Source: Nemertoderma westbladi
Taxonomy: Eukaryota > Animalia > Xenacoelomorpha
Length of the DNA stretch: 33,965 nt
NCBI GenBank assembly: GCA_032718475.1
Contig: JAUCBJ010000801.1
Location: forward strand, 1-33,965
Direction of reading: 5' to 3'
Shown: piece after piece, positions 11,846 through 26,800 of the stretch
Layout of the letters: the number at the start of each line of letters is the position of its first letter
How positions within the stretch are numbered: position 1 is the first letter of the stretch
Notes under the pieces: generated by a model
Told to the model about the DNA's origin: nothing
The model's database searches: none
Seen by the model: the letters and a program-made list of their open reading frames with translations, nothing else
Program-made: the position numbers and the translations under genes

Positions 11846-14800
11846 TCTAGATCTACGAATATAAACTCAATAAACTCACCTACAACTGTTGGCTCTAGAT
11901 CTACGAATATAAACTCAATAAACTCACCTACGACTGTTGGCTCTAGATCTACGAATATAAACTCACCTACAACTGTTGGCTCTAGTTCTACAAATATAAA
12001 CTCAATAAACTCACCTACAACTGTTGGCTCTAGATCTACGAATATAAACTCACCTACAACTGTTGGCTCTAGATCTACGAATATAAACTCACCTACAACT
12101 GTTGGCTCTAGTTCTACAAATATAAACTCAATAAACTCACCTACAACTGTTGGCTCTAGATCTACGAATATAAACTCAATAAACTCACCTACGACTGTTG
12201 GCTCTAGATCTACGAATATAAACTCACCTACAACTGTTGGCTCTAGTTCTACAAATATAAACTCAATAAACTCACCTACAACTGTTGGCTCTAGATCTAC
12301 GAATATAAACTCACCTACAACTGTTGGCTCTAGATCTACGAATATAAACTCACCTACAACTGTTGGCTCTAGTTCTACAAATATAAACTCAATAAACTCA
12401 CCTACAACTGTTGGCTCTAGATCTACGAATATAAACTCACCTACAACTGTTGGCTCTAGATCTACGAATATAAACTCACCTACAAATGTTGGCTCTAGTT
12501 CTACAAATATAAACTCAATAAACTCACCTACAACTGTTGGCTCTAGATCTACGAATATAAACTCAATAAACTCACCTACGACTGTTGGCTCTAGATCTAC
12601 GAATATAAACTCACCTACAACTGTTGGCTCTAGTTCTACAAATATAAACTCAATAAACTCACCTACAACTGTTGGCTCTAGATCTACGAATATAAACTCA
12701 CCTACAACTGTTGGCTCTAGATCTACGAATATAAACTCACCTACAACTGTTGGCTCTAGTTCTACAAATATAAACTCAATAAACTCACCTACAACTGTTG
12801 GCTCTAGATCTACGAATATAAACTCACCTACAACTGTTGGCTCTAGATCTACGAATATAAACTCACCTACAACTGTTGGCTCTAGATCTACGAATATAAA
12901 CTCAATAAACTCACCTACAACTGTTGGCTCTAGATCTACGAATATAAACTCAATAAACTCAACTACAACTGTTGGCTCTAGATCTACGAATATAAACTCA
13001 ATAAACTCACCTACGACTGTTGGCTCTAGATCTACGAATATAAACTCACCTACAACTGTTGGCTCTAGTTCTACAAATATAAACTCAATAAACTCACCTA
13101 CAACTGTTGGCTCTAGATCTACGAATATAAACTCACCTACAACTGTTGGCTCTAGTTCTACAAATATAAACTCAATAAACTCACCTACAACTGTTGGCTC
13201 TAGATCTACGAATATAAACTCACCTACAACTGTTGGCTCTAGATCTACAAATATAAACTCACCTACAACTGTTGGCTCTAGTTCTACAAATATAAACTCA
13301 ATAAACTCACCTACAACTGTTGGCTCTAGATCTACGAATATAAACTCACCTACAACTGTTGGCTCTAGATCTACGAATATAAACTCACCTACAACTGTTG
13401 GCTCTAGTTCTACAAATATAAACTCAATAAACTCACCTACAACTGTTGGCTCTAGATCTACGAATATAAACTCACCTACAACTGTTGGCTCTAGATCTAC
13501 GAATATAAACTCACCTACAACTGTTGGCTCTAGATCTACGAATATAAACTCAATAAACTCACCTACAACTGTTGGCTCTAGATCAACGAATATAAACTCA
13601 ATAAACTCACCTACAACTGTTGGCTCTAGATCTACGAATATAAACTCACCTACAACTGTTGGCTCTAGTTCTACAAATATAAACTCAATAAACTCACCTA
13701 CAACAGTTGGCTCTAGATCTACGAATATAAACTCAACTACAACTGTTGGCTCTAGATCTACGAATATAAACTCAATAAACTCACCTACGACTGTTGGCTC
13801 TAGATCTACGAATATAAACTCACCTACAACTGTTGGCTCTAGTTCTACAAATATAAACTCAATAAACTCACCTACAACTGTTGGCTCTAGATCTACGAAT
13901 ATAAACTCACCTACAACTGTTGGCTCTAGATCTACGAATATAAACTCAATAAACTCAACTACAACTGTTGGCTCTAGATCTACGAATATAAACTCAATAA
14001 ACTCACCTACGACTGTTGGCTCTAGATCTACGAATATAAACTCACCTACAACTGTTGGCTCTAGATCTACGAATATAAACTCACCTACAACTGTTGGCTC
14101 TAGTTCTACAAATATAAACTCAATAAACTCACCTACAACTGTTGGCTCTAGATCTACGAATATAAACTCACCTACAACTGTTGGCTCTAGATCTACGAAT
14201 ATAAACTCACCTACAACTGTTGGCTCTAGTTCTACAAATATAAACTCAATAAACTCACCTACAACTGTTGGCTCTAGATCTACGAATATAAACTCACCTA
14301 CAACTGTTGGCTCTAGATCTACGAATATAAACTCACCTACAACTGTTGGCTCTAGATCTACGAATATAAACTCAATAAACTCACCTACAACTGTTGGCTC
14401 TAGATCTACGAATATAAACTCAATAAACTCAACTACAACTGTTGGCTCTAGATCTACGAATATAAACTCAATAAACTCACCTACGACTGTTGGCTCTAGA
14501 TCTACGAATATAAACTCACCTACAACTGTTGGCTCTAGTTCTACAAATATAAACTCAATAAACTCACCTACAACTGTTGGCTCTAGATCTACGAATATAA
14601 ACTCACCTACAACTGTTGGCTCTAGTTCTACAAATATAAACTCAATAAACTCACCTACAACTGTTGGCTCTAGATCTACGAATATAAACTCACCTACAAC
14701 TGTTGGCTCTAGATCTACAAATATAAACTCACCTACAACTGTTGGCTCTAGTTCTACAAATATAAACTCAATAAACTCACCTACAACTGTTGGCTCTAGA

Positions 14801-17800
14801 TCTACGAATATAAACTCACCTACAACTGTTGGCTCTAGATCTACGAATATAAACTCACCTACAACTGTTGGCTCTAGTTCTACAAATATAAACTCAATAA
14901 ACTCACCTACAACTGTTGGCTCTAGATCTACGAATATAAACTCACCTACAACTGTTGGCTCTAGATCTACGAATATAAACTCACCTACAACTGTTGGCTC
15001 TAGATCTACGAATATAAACTCAATAAACTCACCTACAACTGTTGGCTCTAGATCAACGAATATAAACTCAATAAACTCACCTACAACTGTTGGCTCTAGA
15101 TCTACGAATATAAACTCACCTACAACTGTTGGCTCTAGTTCTACAAATATAAACTCAATAAACTCACCTACAACTGTTGGCTCTAGATCTACGAATATAA
15201 ACTCAACTACAACTGTTGGCTCTAGATCTACGAATATAAACTCAATAAACTCACCTACGACTGTTGGCTCTAGATCTACGAATATAAACTCACCTACAAC
15301 TGTTGGCTCTAGTTCTACAAATATAAACTCAATAAACTCACCTACAACTGTTGGCTCTAGATCTACGAATATAAACTCACCTACAACTGTTGGCTCTAGA
15401 TCTACGAATATAAACTCAATAAACTCAACTACAACTGTTGGCTCTAGATCTACGAATATAAACTCAATAAACTCACCTACGACTGTTGGCTCTAGATCTA
15501 CGAATATAAACTCACCTACAACTGTTGGCTCTAGTTCTACAAATATAAACTCAATAAATTCACCTACAACTGTTGGCTCTAGATCTACGAATATAAACTC
15601 ACCTACAACTGTTGGCTCTAGATCTACGAATATAAACTCAATAAACTCACCTACAACTGTTGGCTCTAGATCAACGAATATAAACTCAATAAACTCACCT
15701 ACAACTGTTGGCTCTAGATCTACGAATATAAACTCAATAAACTCAACTACAACTGTTGGCTCTAGATCTACGAATATAAACTCAATAAACTCACCTACGA
15801 CTGTTGGCTCTAGATCTACGAATATAAACTCACCTACAACTGTTGGCTCTAGTTCTACAAATATAAACTCAATAAACTCACCTACAACTGTTGGCTCTAG
15901 ATCTACGAATATAAACTCACCTACAACTGTTGGCTCTAGATCTACGAATATAAACTCACCTACAACTGTTGGCTCTAGTTCTACAAATATAAACTCAATA
16001 AACTCACCTACAACTGTTGGCTCTAGATCTACGAATATAAACTCACCTACAACTGTTGGCTCTAGATCTACGAATATAAACTCACCTACAACTGTTGGCT
16101 CTAGATCTACGAATATAAACTCAATAAACTCACCTACAACTGTTGGCTCTAGATCAACGAATATAAACTCAATAAACTCACCTACAACTGTTGGCTCTAG
16201 ATCTACGAATATAAACTCACCTACAACTGTTGGCTCTAGTTCTACAAATATAAACTCAATAAACTCACCTACAACTGTTGGCTCTAGATCTACGAATATA
16301 AACTCAACTACAACTGTTGGCTCTAGATCTACGAATATAAACTCAATAAACTCACCTACGACTGTTGGCTCTAGATCTACGAATATAAACTCACCTACAA
16401 CTGTTGGCTCTAGTTCTACAAATATAAACTCAATAAACTCACCTACAACTGTTGGCTCTAGATCTACGAATATAAACTCACCTACAACTGTTGGCTCTAG
16501 ATCTACGAATATAAACTCAATAAACTCAACTACAACTGTTGGCTCTAGATCTACGAATATAAACTCAATAAACTCACCTACGACTGTTGGCTCTAGATCT
16601 ACGAATATAAACTCACCTACAACTGTTGGCTCTAGTTCTACAAATATAAACTCAATAAACTCACCTACAACTGTTGGCTCTAGATCTACGAATATAAACT
16701 CACCTACAACTGTTGGCTCTAGATCTACGAATATAAACTCAATAAACTCACCTACAACTGTTGGCTCTAGATCAACGAATATAAACTCAATAAACTCACC
16801 TACAACTGTTGGCTCTAGATCTACGAATATAAACTCACCTACAACTGATGGCTCTAGATCTACGAATATAAACTCAATAAACTCACCTACAACTGTTGGC
16901 TCTAGATCTACGAATATAAACTCACCTACAACTGATGGCTCTAGATCTACGAATATAAACTCACCTATAACTGTTGGCTCTAGATCTACGAATATAAACT
17001 CACCTACAACTGATGGCTCTAGATCTACGAGTATAAACTCAATAAACTCACCTACAACTATTGGCTCTAGATCTACGAATATAAACTCACCTACAACTGT
17101 TGGCTCTAGATCTACGAATATAAACTCACCTACAACTGTTGGCTCTAGATCTACGAATATAAACTCAATAAACTCACCTACAACTATTGGCTCTAGATCT
17201 ACGAATATAAACTCACCTACAACTGTTGGATCTAGATCTACGAAAATAAACTCAATAAACTCACCTAGAACTGTTGGCTCTAGATCTACGAATATAAACT
17301 CACCTACAACTGAGGGCTCTAGATCTACGAATATAAACTCACCTACAACTGTTGGCTCTAGATCTACGAATATAAACTCAATAAACTCACCTACAACTGT
17401 TGGCTCTATAGATCTACGAATATAAACTCAATAAACTCACCTACAACTGTTGGTTCTAGTTCAACGAATATAAACTCAATAAACTCACCTACAACTGTTG
17501 GCTCTAGATCTACGAATATAAACTCAATAAACTCACCTACAACTGTTGGCTCTATAGATCTACGAATATAAACTCAATAAACTCACCTACAACTGTTGGC
17601 TCTAGATCTACGAATATAAACTCACCTACAACTGTTGGCTCTAGATCTACGAATATAAACTCAATAAACTCACCTACAACTGTTGGCTCTAGATCTACGA
17701 ATATAAACTCAATAAACTCACCTACAACTGTTGGCTCCAGATCTACGAATATAAACTTAATAAACTCACCTACAACTATTGGCTCTAGATCTACGAATAT

Positions 17801-20800
17801 AAACTCACCTACAACTGTTGGCTCTAGATCTACGAATATAAACTCAATAAACTCACCTACAACTGTTGGGTCTAGTTCTACAAATATAAACTCAATAAAC
17901 TCACCTTCAACTGTTGGCTCTAGATCTACGAATATAAACTCAATAAACTCACCTACAACTGTTGGCTCTAGATCTACGAATATAAACTCAATAAACTCAC
18001 CTACAACTATTGGCTCTAGATCTACGAATATAAACTCAATAAACTCACCTATAACTGTTGGCTCTAGATCTACGAATATAAACTCAATAAACTCACCTAC
18101 AACTATTGGCTCTAGATCTACGAATATAAACTCACCTACAACTGTTGGCTCTAGATCTACGAATATAAACTCACCTACAACTGTTGGTTCTAGATCTACA
18201 AATATAAACTCACTTACAACTGTTGGCTCTAGATCTACGAATATAAACTCAATAAACTCACCTACAACTATTGGCTCTAGATCTACGAATATAAACTCAC
18301 CTACAACTGTTGGCTCTAGATCTACGAATATAAACTCAATAAACTCACCTACAACTGTTGGCTCTAGATCTACGAATATAAACTCAATAAACTCACCTAC
18401 AACTGTTGGCTCTAGATCTACGAATATAAACTCAATAAACTCACCTAAAACTGCTGGGTCTAGTTCTACAAATATAAACTCAATAAACTCACCTTCAACT
18501 GTTGGCTCTAGATCTACGAATATAAACTCAATAAACTCACCTACAACTGTTGGCTCTAGATCTACGAATATAAACTCAATAAGCTCACCTACAACTGTTG
18601 GCTCTAGATCTACGAATATAAACTCAATAAACTCACCTACAACTGTTGGCTCTAGATCAACGAATATAAACTCAATAAACTCACCTATAACTGTTGGCTC
18701 TAGATCTACGAATATAAATTCACCTACAACTGTTGGCTCTAGATCTACGAATATAAACTCAATAAACTCACCTACAACTGTTGGCTCTATAGATCTACGA
18801 ATATAAACTCACCTACAACTGTTGGCTCTAGATCTACGAATATAAACTCACCCACAACTGTTGGCTCTAGATCTACGAATATAAACTCACCTACAACTGT
18901 TGGCTCTAGAGCTACGAATATAAACTCACCTACAACTGTTGGCTCTAGTTCTACAAATATAAACTCAATAAACTCACCTACAACTGTTGGCTCTAGATCT
19001 ACGAATATAAACTCACCTACAACTGTTGGCTCTAGATCTACGAATATAAACTCACCTACAACTGTTGGCTCTAGATCTACGAATATAAACTCACCTACAA
19101 CTGTTGGCTCTAGATCTACGAATATAAACTCAATAAACTCACCTACAACTGTTGGCTCTAGATCTACGAATATAAACTCATCTACAACTGTTGGCTCTAG
19201 ATCTACGAATATAAACTCACCTACAACTGTTGGCTCTAGATCTACGAATATAAACTCACCTACAACTGTTGGCTCTAGATCTACGAATATAAACTCACCT
19301 ACAACTGTTGGCTCTAGATCTACGAATATAAACTCATCTACAACTGTTGGCTCTAGATCTACGAATATAAACTCACCTACAACTGTTGGCTCTAGATCTA
19401 CGAATACAAACTCATCTACAACTGTTGGCTCTATAGATCTACGAATATAAACTCACCTACAACTGTTGGCTCTAGATCTACGAATATAAACTCACCTACA
19501 ACTGTTGGCTCTAGATCTACGAATATAAACTCACCTACAACTGTTGGCTCTAGATCTACGAATATAAACTCACCTACAACTGTTGGCTCTAGATCTACGA
19601 ATATAAACTCACCTACAACTGTTGGCTCTAGATCTACGAATATAAACTCACCTACAACTGTTGGCTCTAGATCTACGAATATAAACTCACCTACAACTGA
19701 TGGCTCTAGATCTACGAATATAAACTCAATAAACTCACCTACAACTGTTGGCTCTAGATCTACGAATATAAACTCAATAAACCCACCTACAACTGTTGGC
19801 TCTAGTTCTACAAATATAAACTCAATAAACTCACCTACAACTGTTGGCTCTAGATCTACGAATATAAACTCACCTACAACTGTTGGCTCTAGATCTACGA
19901 ATATAAACTCAATAAACCCACCTACAACTGTTGGCTCTAGTTCTACGAATATAAACTCAATAAACTCACCTACAACTGTTGGCTCTAGATCAACGAATAT
20001 AAACTCAATAAACTCACCTATAACTGTTGGCTCTAGATCTACGAATATAAACTCAATAAACTCACCTACAACTATTGGCTCTAGATCTACGAATATAAAC
20101 TCACCTACAACTGTTGGCTCTAGATCTACGAATATAAACTCACCTACAACTGTTGGCACTAGATCTACGAATATAAACTCACCTACAACTGTTGGCTCTA
20201 GATCTACGAATATAAACTCAATAAACTCACCTACAACTGTTGGCTCTATAGATCTACGAATATAAACTCACCTACAACTGTTGGCTCTAGATCTACGAAT
20301 ATAAACTCACCCACAACTGTTGGCTCTAGATCTACGAATATAAACTCACCTACAACTGTTGGCTCTAGATCTACGAATATAAACTCACCTACAACTGTTG
20401 GCTCTAGTTCTACAAATATAAACTCAATAAACTCACCTACAACTGTTGGCTCTAGATCTACGAATATAAACCCACCTACAACTGTTGGCTCTAGATCTAC
20501 GAATATAAACTCACCTACAACTGTTGGCTCTAGATCTACGAATATAAACTCACCTACAACTGTTGGCTCTAGATCTACGAATATAAACTCAATAAACTCA
20601 CCTACAACTGTTGGCTCTAGATCTACGAATATAAACTCAATAAACTCACCTACAACTGTTGGCTCTAGATCTACGAATATAAACTCATCTACAACTGTTG
20701 GCTCTAGATCTACGAATATAAACTCACCTACAACTGTTGGCTCTAGATCTACGAATATAAACTCACCTACAACTGTTGGCTCTAGATCTACGAATATAAA

Positions 20801-23800
20801 CTCACCTACAACTGTTGGCTCTAGATCTACGAATATAAACTCATCTACAACTGTTGGCTCTAGATCTACGAATATAAACTCACCTACAACTGTTGGCTCT
20901 AGATCTACGAATATAAACTCATCTACAACTGTTGGCTCTATAGATCTACGAATATAAACTCACCTACAACTGTTGGCTCTAGATCTACGAATATAAACTC
21001 ACCTACAACTGTTGGCTCTAGATCTACGAATATAAACTCACCTACAACTGTTGGCTCTAGATCTACGAATATAAACTCACCTACAACTGTTGGCTCAAGA
21101 TCTACGAATATAAACTCACCTACAACTGTTGGCTCTAGATCTACGAATATAAACTCACCTACAACTGATGGCTCTAGATCTACGAATATAAACTCAATAA
21201 ACTCACCTACAACTGTTGGCTCTAGATCTACGAATATAAACTCAATAAACCCACCTACAACTGTTGGCTCTAGTTCTACAAATATAAACTCAATAAACTC
21301 ACCTACAACTGTTGGCTCTAGATCTACGAATATAAACTCACCTACAACTGTTGGCTCTAGATCTACGAATATAAACCCAATAAACCCACCTACAACTGTT
21401 GGCTCTAGTTCTACAAATATAAACTCAATAAACTCACCTACAACTGTTGGCTCTAGATCTACGAATATAAACTCACCTACAACTGTTGGCTCTAGATCTA
21501 CGAATATAAACTCACCTACAACTGTTGGCTCTAGTTCTACAAATATAAACTCAATAAACTCACCTACAACTGTTGGCTCTAGATCTACGAATATAAACCT
21601 ACCTACAACTGTTGGCTCTAGATCTACGAATATAAACCTACCTACAACTGTTGGCTCTAGATCTACGAATATAAACTCAATAAACTCACCTACAACTGTT
21701 GGCTCTAGATCTACGAATATAAACTCAATAAACCCACCTACAACTGTTGGCTCTAGATCTACGAATATAAACTCAATAAACCCACCTACAACTGTTGGCT
21801 CTAGATCTACGAATATAAACTCACCTACAACTGTTGGCTCTAGATCTACGAATATAAACTCAATAAACTCACCTACAACTGTTGGCTCTAGATCTACGAA
21901 TATAAACTCAATAAACTCACCTACAACTGTTGGCTCTAGATCTACGAATATAAACTCAATAAACTCACCTACAACTGTTGGCTCTAGATCTACGAATATA
22001 AACTCAATAAACTCACCTACAACTGTTGGCTCTAGATCTACGAATATAAACTCAATAAACTCACCTACAACTGTTGGCTCTAGATCTACGAATATAAACT
22101 CAATAAACTCACCTACAACTGTTGGCTCTAGATCTACGAATATAAACTCAATAAACTCACCTACAACTGTTGGCTCTAGATCTACGAATATAAACTCACC
22201 TACACCTGTTGGCTCTAGATCTACGAATATAAACTCACCTACAACTGTTGGCTCTAGATCTACGAATATAAACTCACCTACACCTGTTGGCTCTAGATCT
22301 ACGAATATAAACTCACCTACACCTGTTGGCTCTAGATCTACGAATATAAACTCACCTACACCTGTTGGCTCTAGATCTACGAATATAAACTCACCTACAA
22401 CTGTTGGCTCTAGTTCTACAAATATAAACTCAATAAACTCACCTACAACTGTTGGCTCTAGATCTACGAATATAAACCTACCTACAACTGTTGGCTCTAG
22501 ATCTACGAATATAAACTCAATAAACCCACCTACAACTGTTGGCTCTAGATCTACGAATATAAACTCACCTACAACTGTTGGCTCTAGATCTACGAATATA
22601 AACTCACCTACACCTGTTGGCTCTAGATCTACGAATATAAACTCACCTACAACTGTTGGCTCTAGTTCTACAAATATAAACTCAATAAACTCACCTACAA
22701 CTGTTGGCTCTAGATCTACGAATATAAACCTACCTACAACTGTTGGCTCTAGATCTACGAATATAAACTCAATAAACCCACCTACAACTGTTGGCTCTAG
22801 ATCTACGAATATAAACTCACCTACAACTGTTGGCTCTAGATCTACGAATATAAACTCAATAAACTCACCTACAACTGTTGGCTCTAGATCTACGAATATA
22901 AACTCAAAAAAATCACCTACAACTGTTGGCTCTAGATCTACGAATATAAACTCAATAAACTCACCTACAACTGTTGGCTCTAGATCTACGAATATAAACT
23001 CACCTACAACTGTTGGCTCTAGATCTACGAATATAAACTCACCTACAACTGTTGGCTCTAGATCTACGAATATAAACTCAATAAACTCACCTACAACTGT
23101 TGGCTCTATAGATCTACGAATATAAACTCACCTACAACTGTTGGCTCTAGATCTACGAATATAAACTCACCCACAACTGTTGGCTCTAGATCTACGAATA
23201 TAAACTCACCTACAACTGTTGGCTCTAGATCTACGAATATAAACTCACCTACAACTGTTGGCTCTAGTTCTACAAATATAAACTCAATAAACTCACCTAC
23301 AACTGTTGGCTCTAGATCTACGAATATAAACTCACCTACAACTGTTGGCTCTAGATCTACGAATATAAACTCACCTACAACTGTTGGCTCTAGATCTACG
23401 AATATAAACTCACCTACAACTGTTGGCTCTAGATCTACGAATATAAACTCAATAAACTCACCTACAACTGTTGGCTCTAGATCTACGAATATAAACTCAT
23501 CTACAACTGTTGGCTCTAGATCTACGAATATAAACTCACCTACAACTGTTGGCTCTAGATCTACGAATATAAACTCACCTACAACTGTTGGCTCTAGATC
23601 TACGAATATAAACTCACCTACAACTGTTGGCTCTAGATCTACGAATATAAACTCATCTACAACTGTTGGCTCTAGATCTACGAATATAAACTCACCTACA
23701 ACTGTTGGCTCTAGATCTACGAATACAAACTCATCTACAACTGTTGGCTCTATAGATCTACGAATATAAACTCACCTACAACTGTTGGCTCTAGATCTAC

Positions 23801-26800
23801 GAATATAAACTCACCTACAACTGTTGGCTCTAGATCTACGAATATAAACTCACCTACAACTGTTGGCTCTAGATCTACGAATATAAACTCACCTACAACT
23901 GTTGGCTCTAGATCTACGAATATAAACTCACCTACAACTGTTGGCTCTAGATCTACGAATATAAACTCACCTACAACTGTTGGCTCTAGATCTACGAATA
24001 TAAACTCACCTACAACTGATGGCTCTAGATCTACGAATATAAACTCAATAAACTCACCTACAACTGTTGGCTCTAGATCTACGAATATAAACTCAATAAA
24101 CCCACCTACAACTGTTGGCTCTAGTTCTACAAATCTAAACTCAATAAACTCACCTACAACTGTTGGCTCTAGATCTACGAATATAAACTCACCTACAACT
24201 GTTGGCTCTAGATCTACGAATATAAACTCAATAAACCCACCTACAACTGTTGGCTCTAGTTCTACGAATATAAACTCAATAAACTCACCTACAACTGTTG
24301 GCTCTAGATCAACGAATATAAACTCAATAAACTCACCTATAACTGTTGGCTCTAGATCTACGAATATAAACTCAATAAACTCACCTACAACTATTGGCTC
24401 TAGATCTACGAATATAAACTCACCTACAACTGTTGGCTCTAGATCTACGAATATAAACTCACCTACAACTGTTGGCTCTAGATCTACGAATATAAACTCA
24501 CCTACAACTGTTGGCTCTAGTTCTACAAATATAAACTCAATAAACTCACCTACAACTGTTGGCTCTAGATCTACGAATATAAACTCACCTACAACTGTTG
24601 GCTCTAGATCTACGAATATAAACCCAATAAACCCACCTACAACTGTTGGCTCTAGTTCTACAAATATAAACTCAATAAACTCACCTACAACTGTTGGCTC
24701 TAGATCTACGAATATAAACTCACCTACAACTGTTGGCTCTAGATCTACGAATATAAACTCACCTACAACTGTTGGCTCTAGTTCTACAAATATAAACTCA
24801 ATAAACTCACCTACAACTGTTGGCTCTAGATCTACGAATATAAACCTACCTACAACTGTTGGCTCTAGATCTACGAATATAAACTCAATAAACCCACCTA
24901 CAACTGTTGGCTCTAGATCTACGAATATAAACTCACCTACAACTGTTGGCTCTAGATCTACGAATATAAACTCAATAAACTCACCTACAACTGTTGGCTC
25001 TAGATCTACGAATATAAACTCAATAAACTCACCTACAACTGTTGGCTCTAGATCTACGAATATAAACTCAATAAACTCACCTACAACTGTTGGCTCTAGA
25101 TCTACGAATATAAACTCAATAAACTCACCTACAACTGTTGGCTCTAAATCTACGAATATAAACTCAATAAACTCACCTACAACTGTTGGCTCTAGATCTA
25201 CGAATATAAACTCAATAAACTCACCTACAACTGTTGGCTCTAGATCTACGAATATAAACTCAATAAACTCACCTACAACTGTTGGCTCTAGATCTACGAA
25301 TATAAACTCACCTACACCTGTTGGCTCTAGATCTACGAATATAAACTCACCTACAACTGTTGGCTCTAGATCTACGAATATAAACTCACCTACACCTGTT
25401 GGCTCTAGATCTACGAATATAAACTCACCTACACCTGTTGGCTCTAGATCTACGAATATAAACTCACCTACACCTGTTGGCTCTAGATCTACGAATATAA
25501 ACTCACCTACAACTGTTGGCTCTAGTTCTACAAATATAAACTCAATAAACTCACCTACAACTGTTGGCTCTAGATCTACGAATATAAACCTACCTACAAC
25601 TGTTGGCTCTAGATCTACGAATATAAACTCAATAAACCCACCTACAACTGTTGGCTCTAGATCTACGAATATAAACTCACCTACAACTGTTGGCTCTAGA
25701 TCTACGAATATAAACTCACCTACACCTGTTGGCTCTAGATCTACGAATATAAACTCACCTACAACTGTTGGCTCTAGTTCTACAAATATAAACTCAATAA
25801 ACTCACCTACAACTGTTGGCTCTAGATCTACGAATATAAACCTACCTACAACTGTTGGCTCTAGATCTACGAATATAAACTCAATAAACCCACCTACAAC
25901 TGTTGGCTCTAGATCTACGAATATAAACTCACCTACAACTGTTGGCTCTAGATCTACGAATATAAACTCAATAAACTCACCTACAACTGTTGGCTCTAGA
26001 TCTACGAATATAAACTCAATAAACTCACCTACAACTGTTGGCTCTAGATCTACGAATATAAACTCAATAAACTCACCTACAACTGTTGGCTCTAGATCTA
26101 CGAATATAAACTCACCTACAACTGTTGGCTCTAGATCTACGAATATAAACTCACCTACAACTGTTGGCTCTAGATCTACGAATATAAACTCAATAAACTC
26201 ACCTACAACTGTTGGCTCTATAGATCTACGAATATAAACTCACCTACAACTGTTGGCTCTAGATCTACGAATATAAACTCACCCACAACTGTTGGCTCTA
26301 GATCTACGAATATAAACTCACCTACAACTGTTGGCTCTAGATCTACGAATATAAACTCACCTACAACTGTTGGCTCTAGTTCTACAAATATAAACTCAAT
26401 AAACTCACCTACAACTGTTGGCTCTAGATCTACGAATATAAACTCACCTACAACTGTTGGCTCTAGATCTACGAATATAAACTCACCTACAACTGTTGGC
26501 TCTAGATCTACGAATATAAACTCACCTACAACTGTTGGCTCTAGATCTACGAATATAAACTCTCTACAACTGTTGGCTCTAGATCTACGAATATAAACTC
26601 ACCTACAACTGTTGGCTCTAGATCTACGAATATAAACTCACCTACAACTGTTGGCTCTAGATCTACGAATATAAACTCACCTACAACTGTTGGCTCTAGA
26701 TCTACGAATATAAACTCATCTACAACTGTTGGCTCTAGATCTACGAATATAAACTCACCTACAACTGTTGGCTCTAGATCTACGAATACAAACTCATCTA

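Noticed and set aside
11819-17425. 1868-aa Ser/Thr/Asn mucin-like ORF
   Set aside because: It is the antisense shadow of 39/48-bp units derived from tubulin exon 2. It starts at TTG, has no signal peptide, and the frame is broken by TA insertions further along the array.
19431-20159. 242-aa ([13 protein letters not shown])n ORF
   Set aside because: Satellite read in the tubulin frame between frameshifting units. Not an independent gene.
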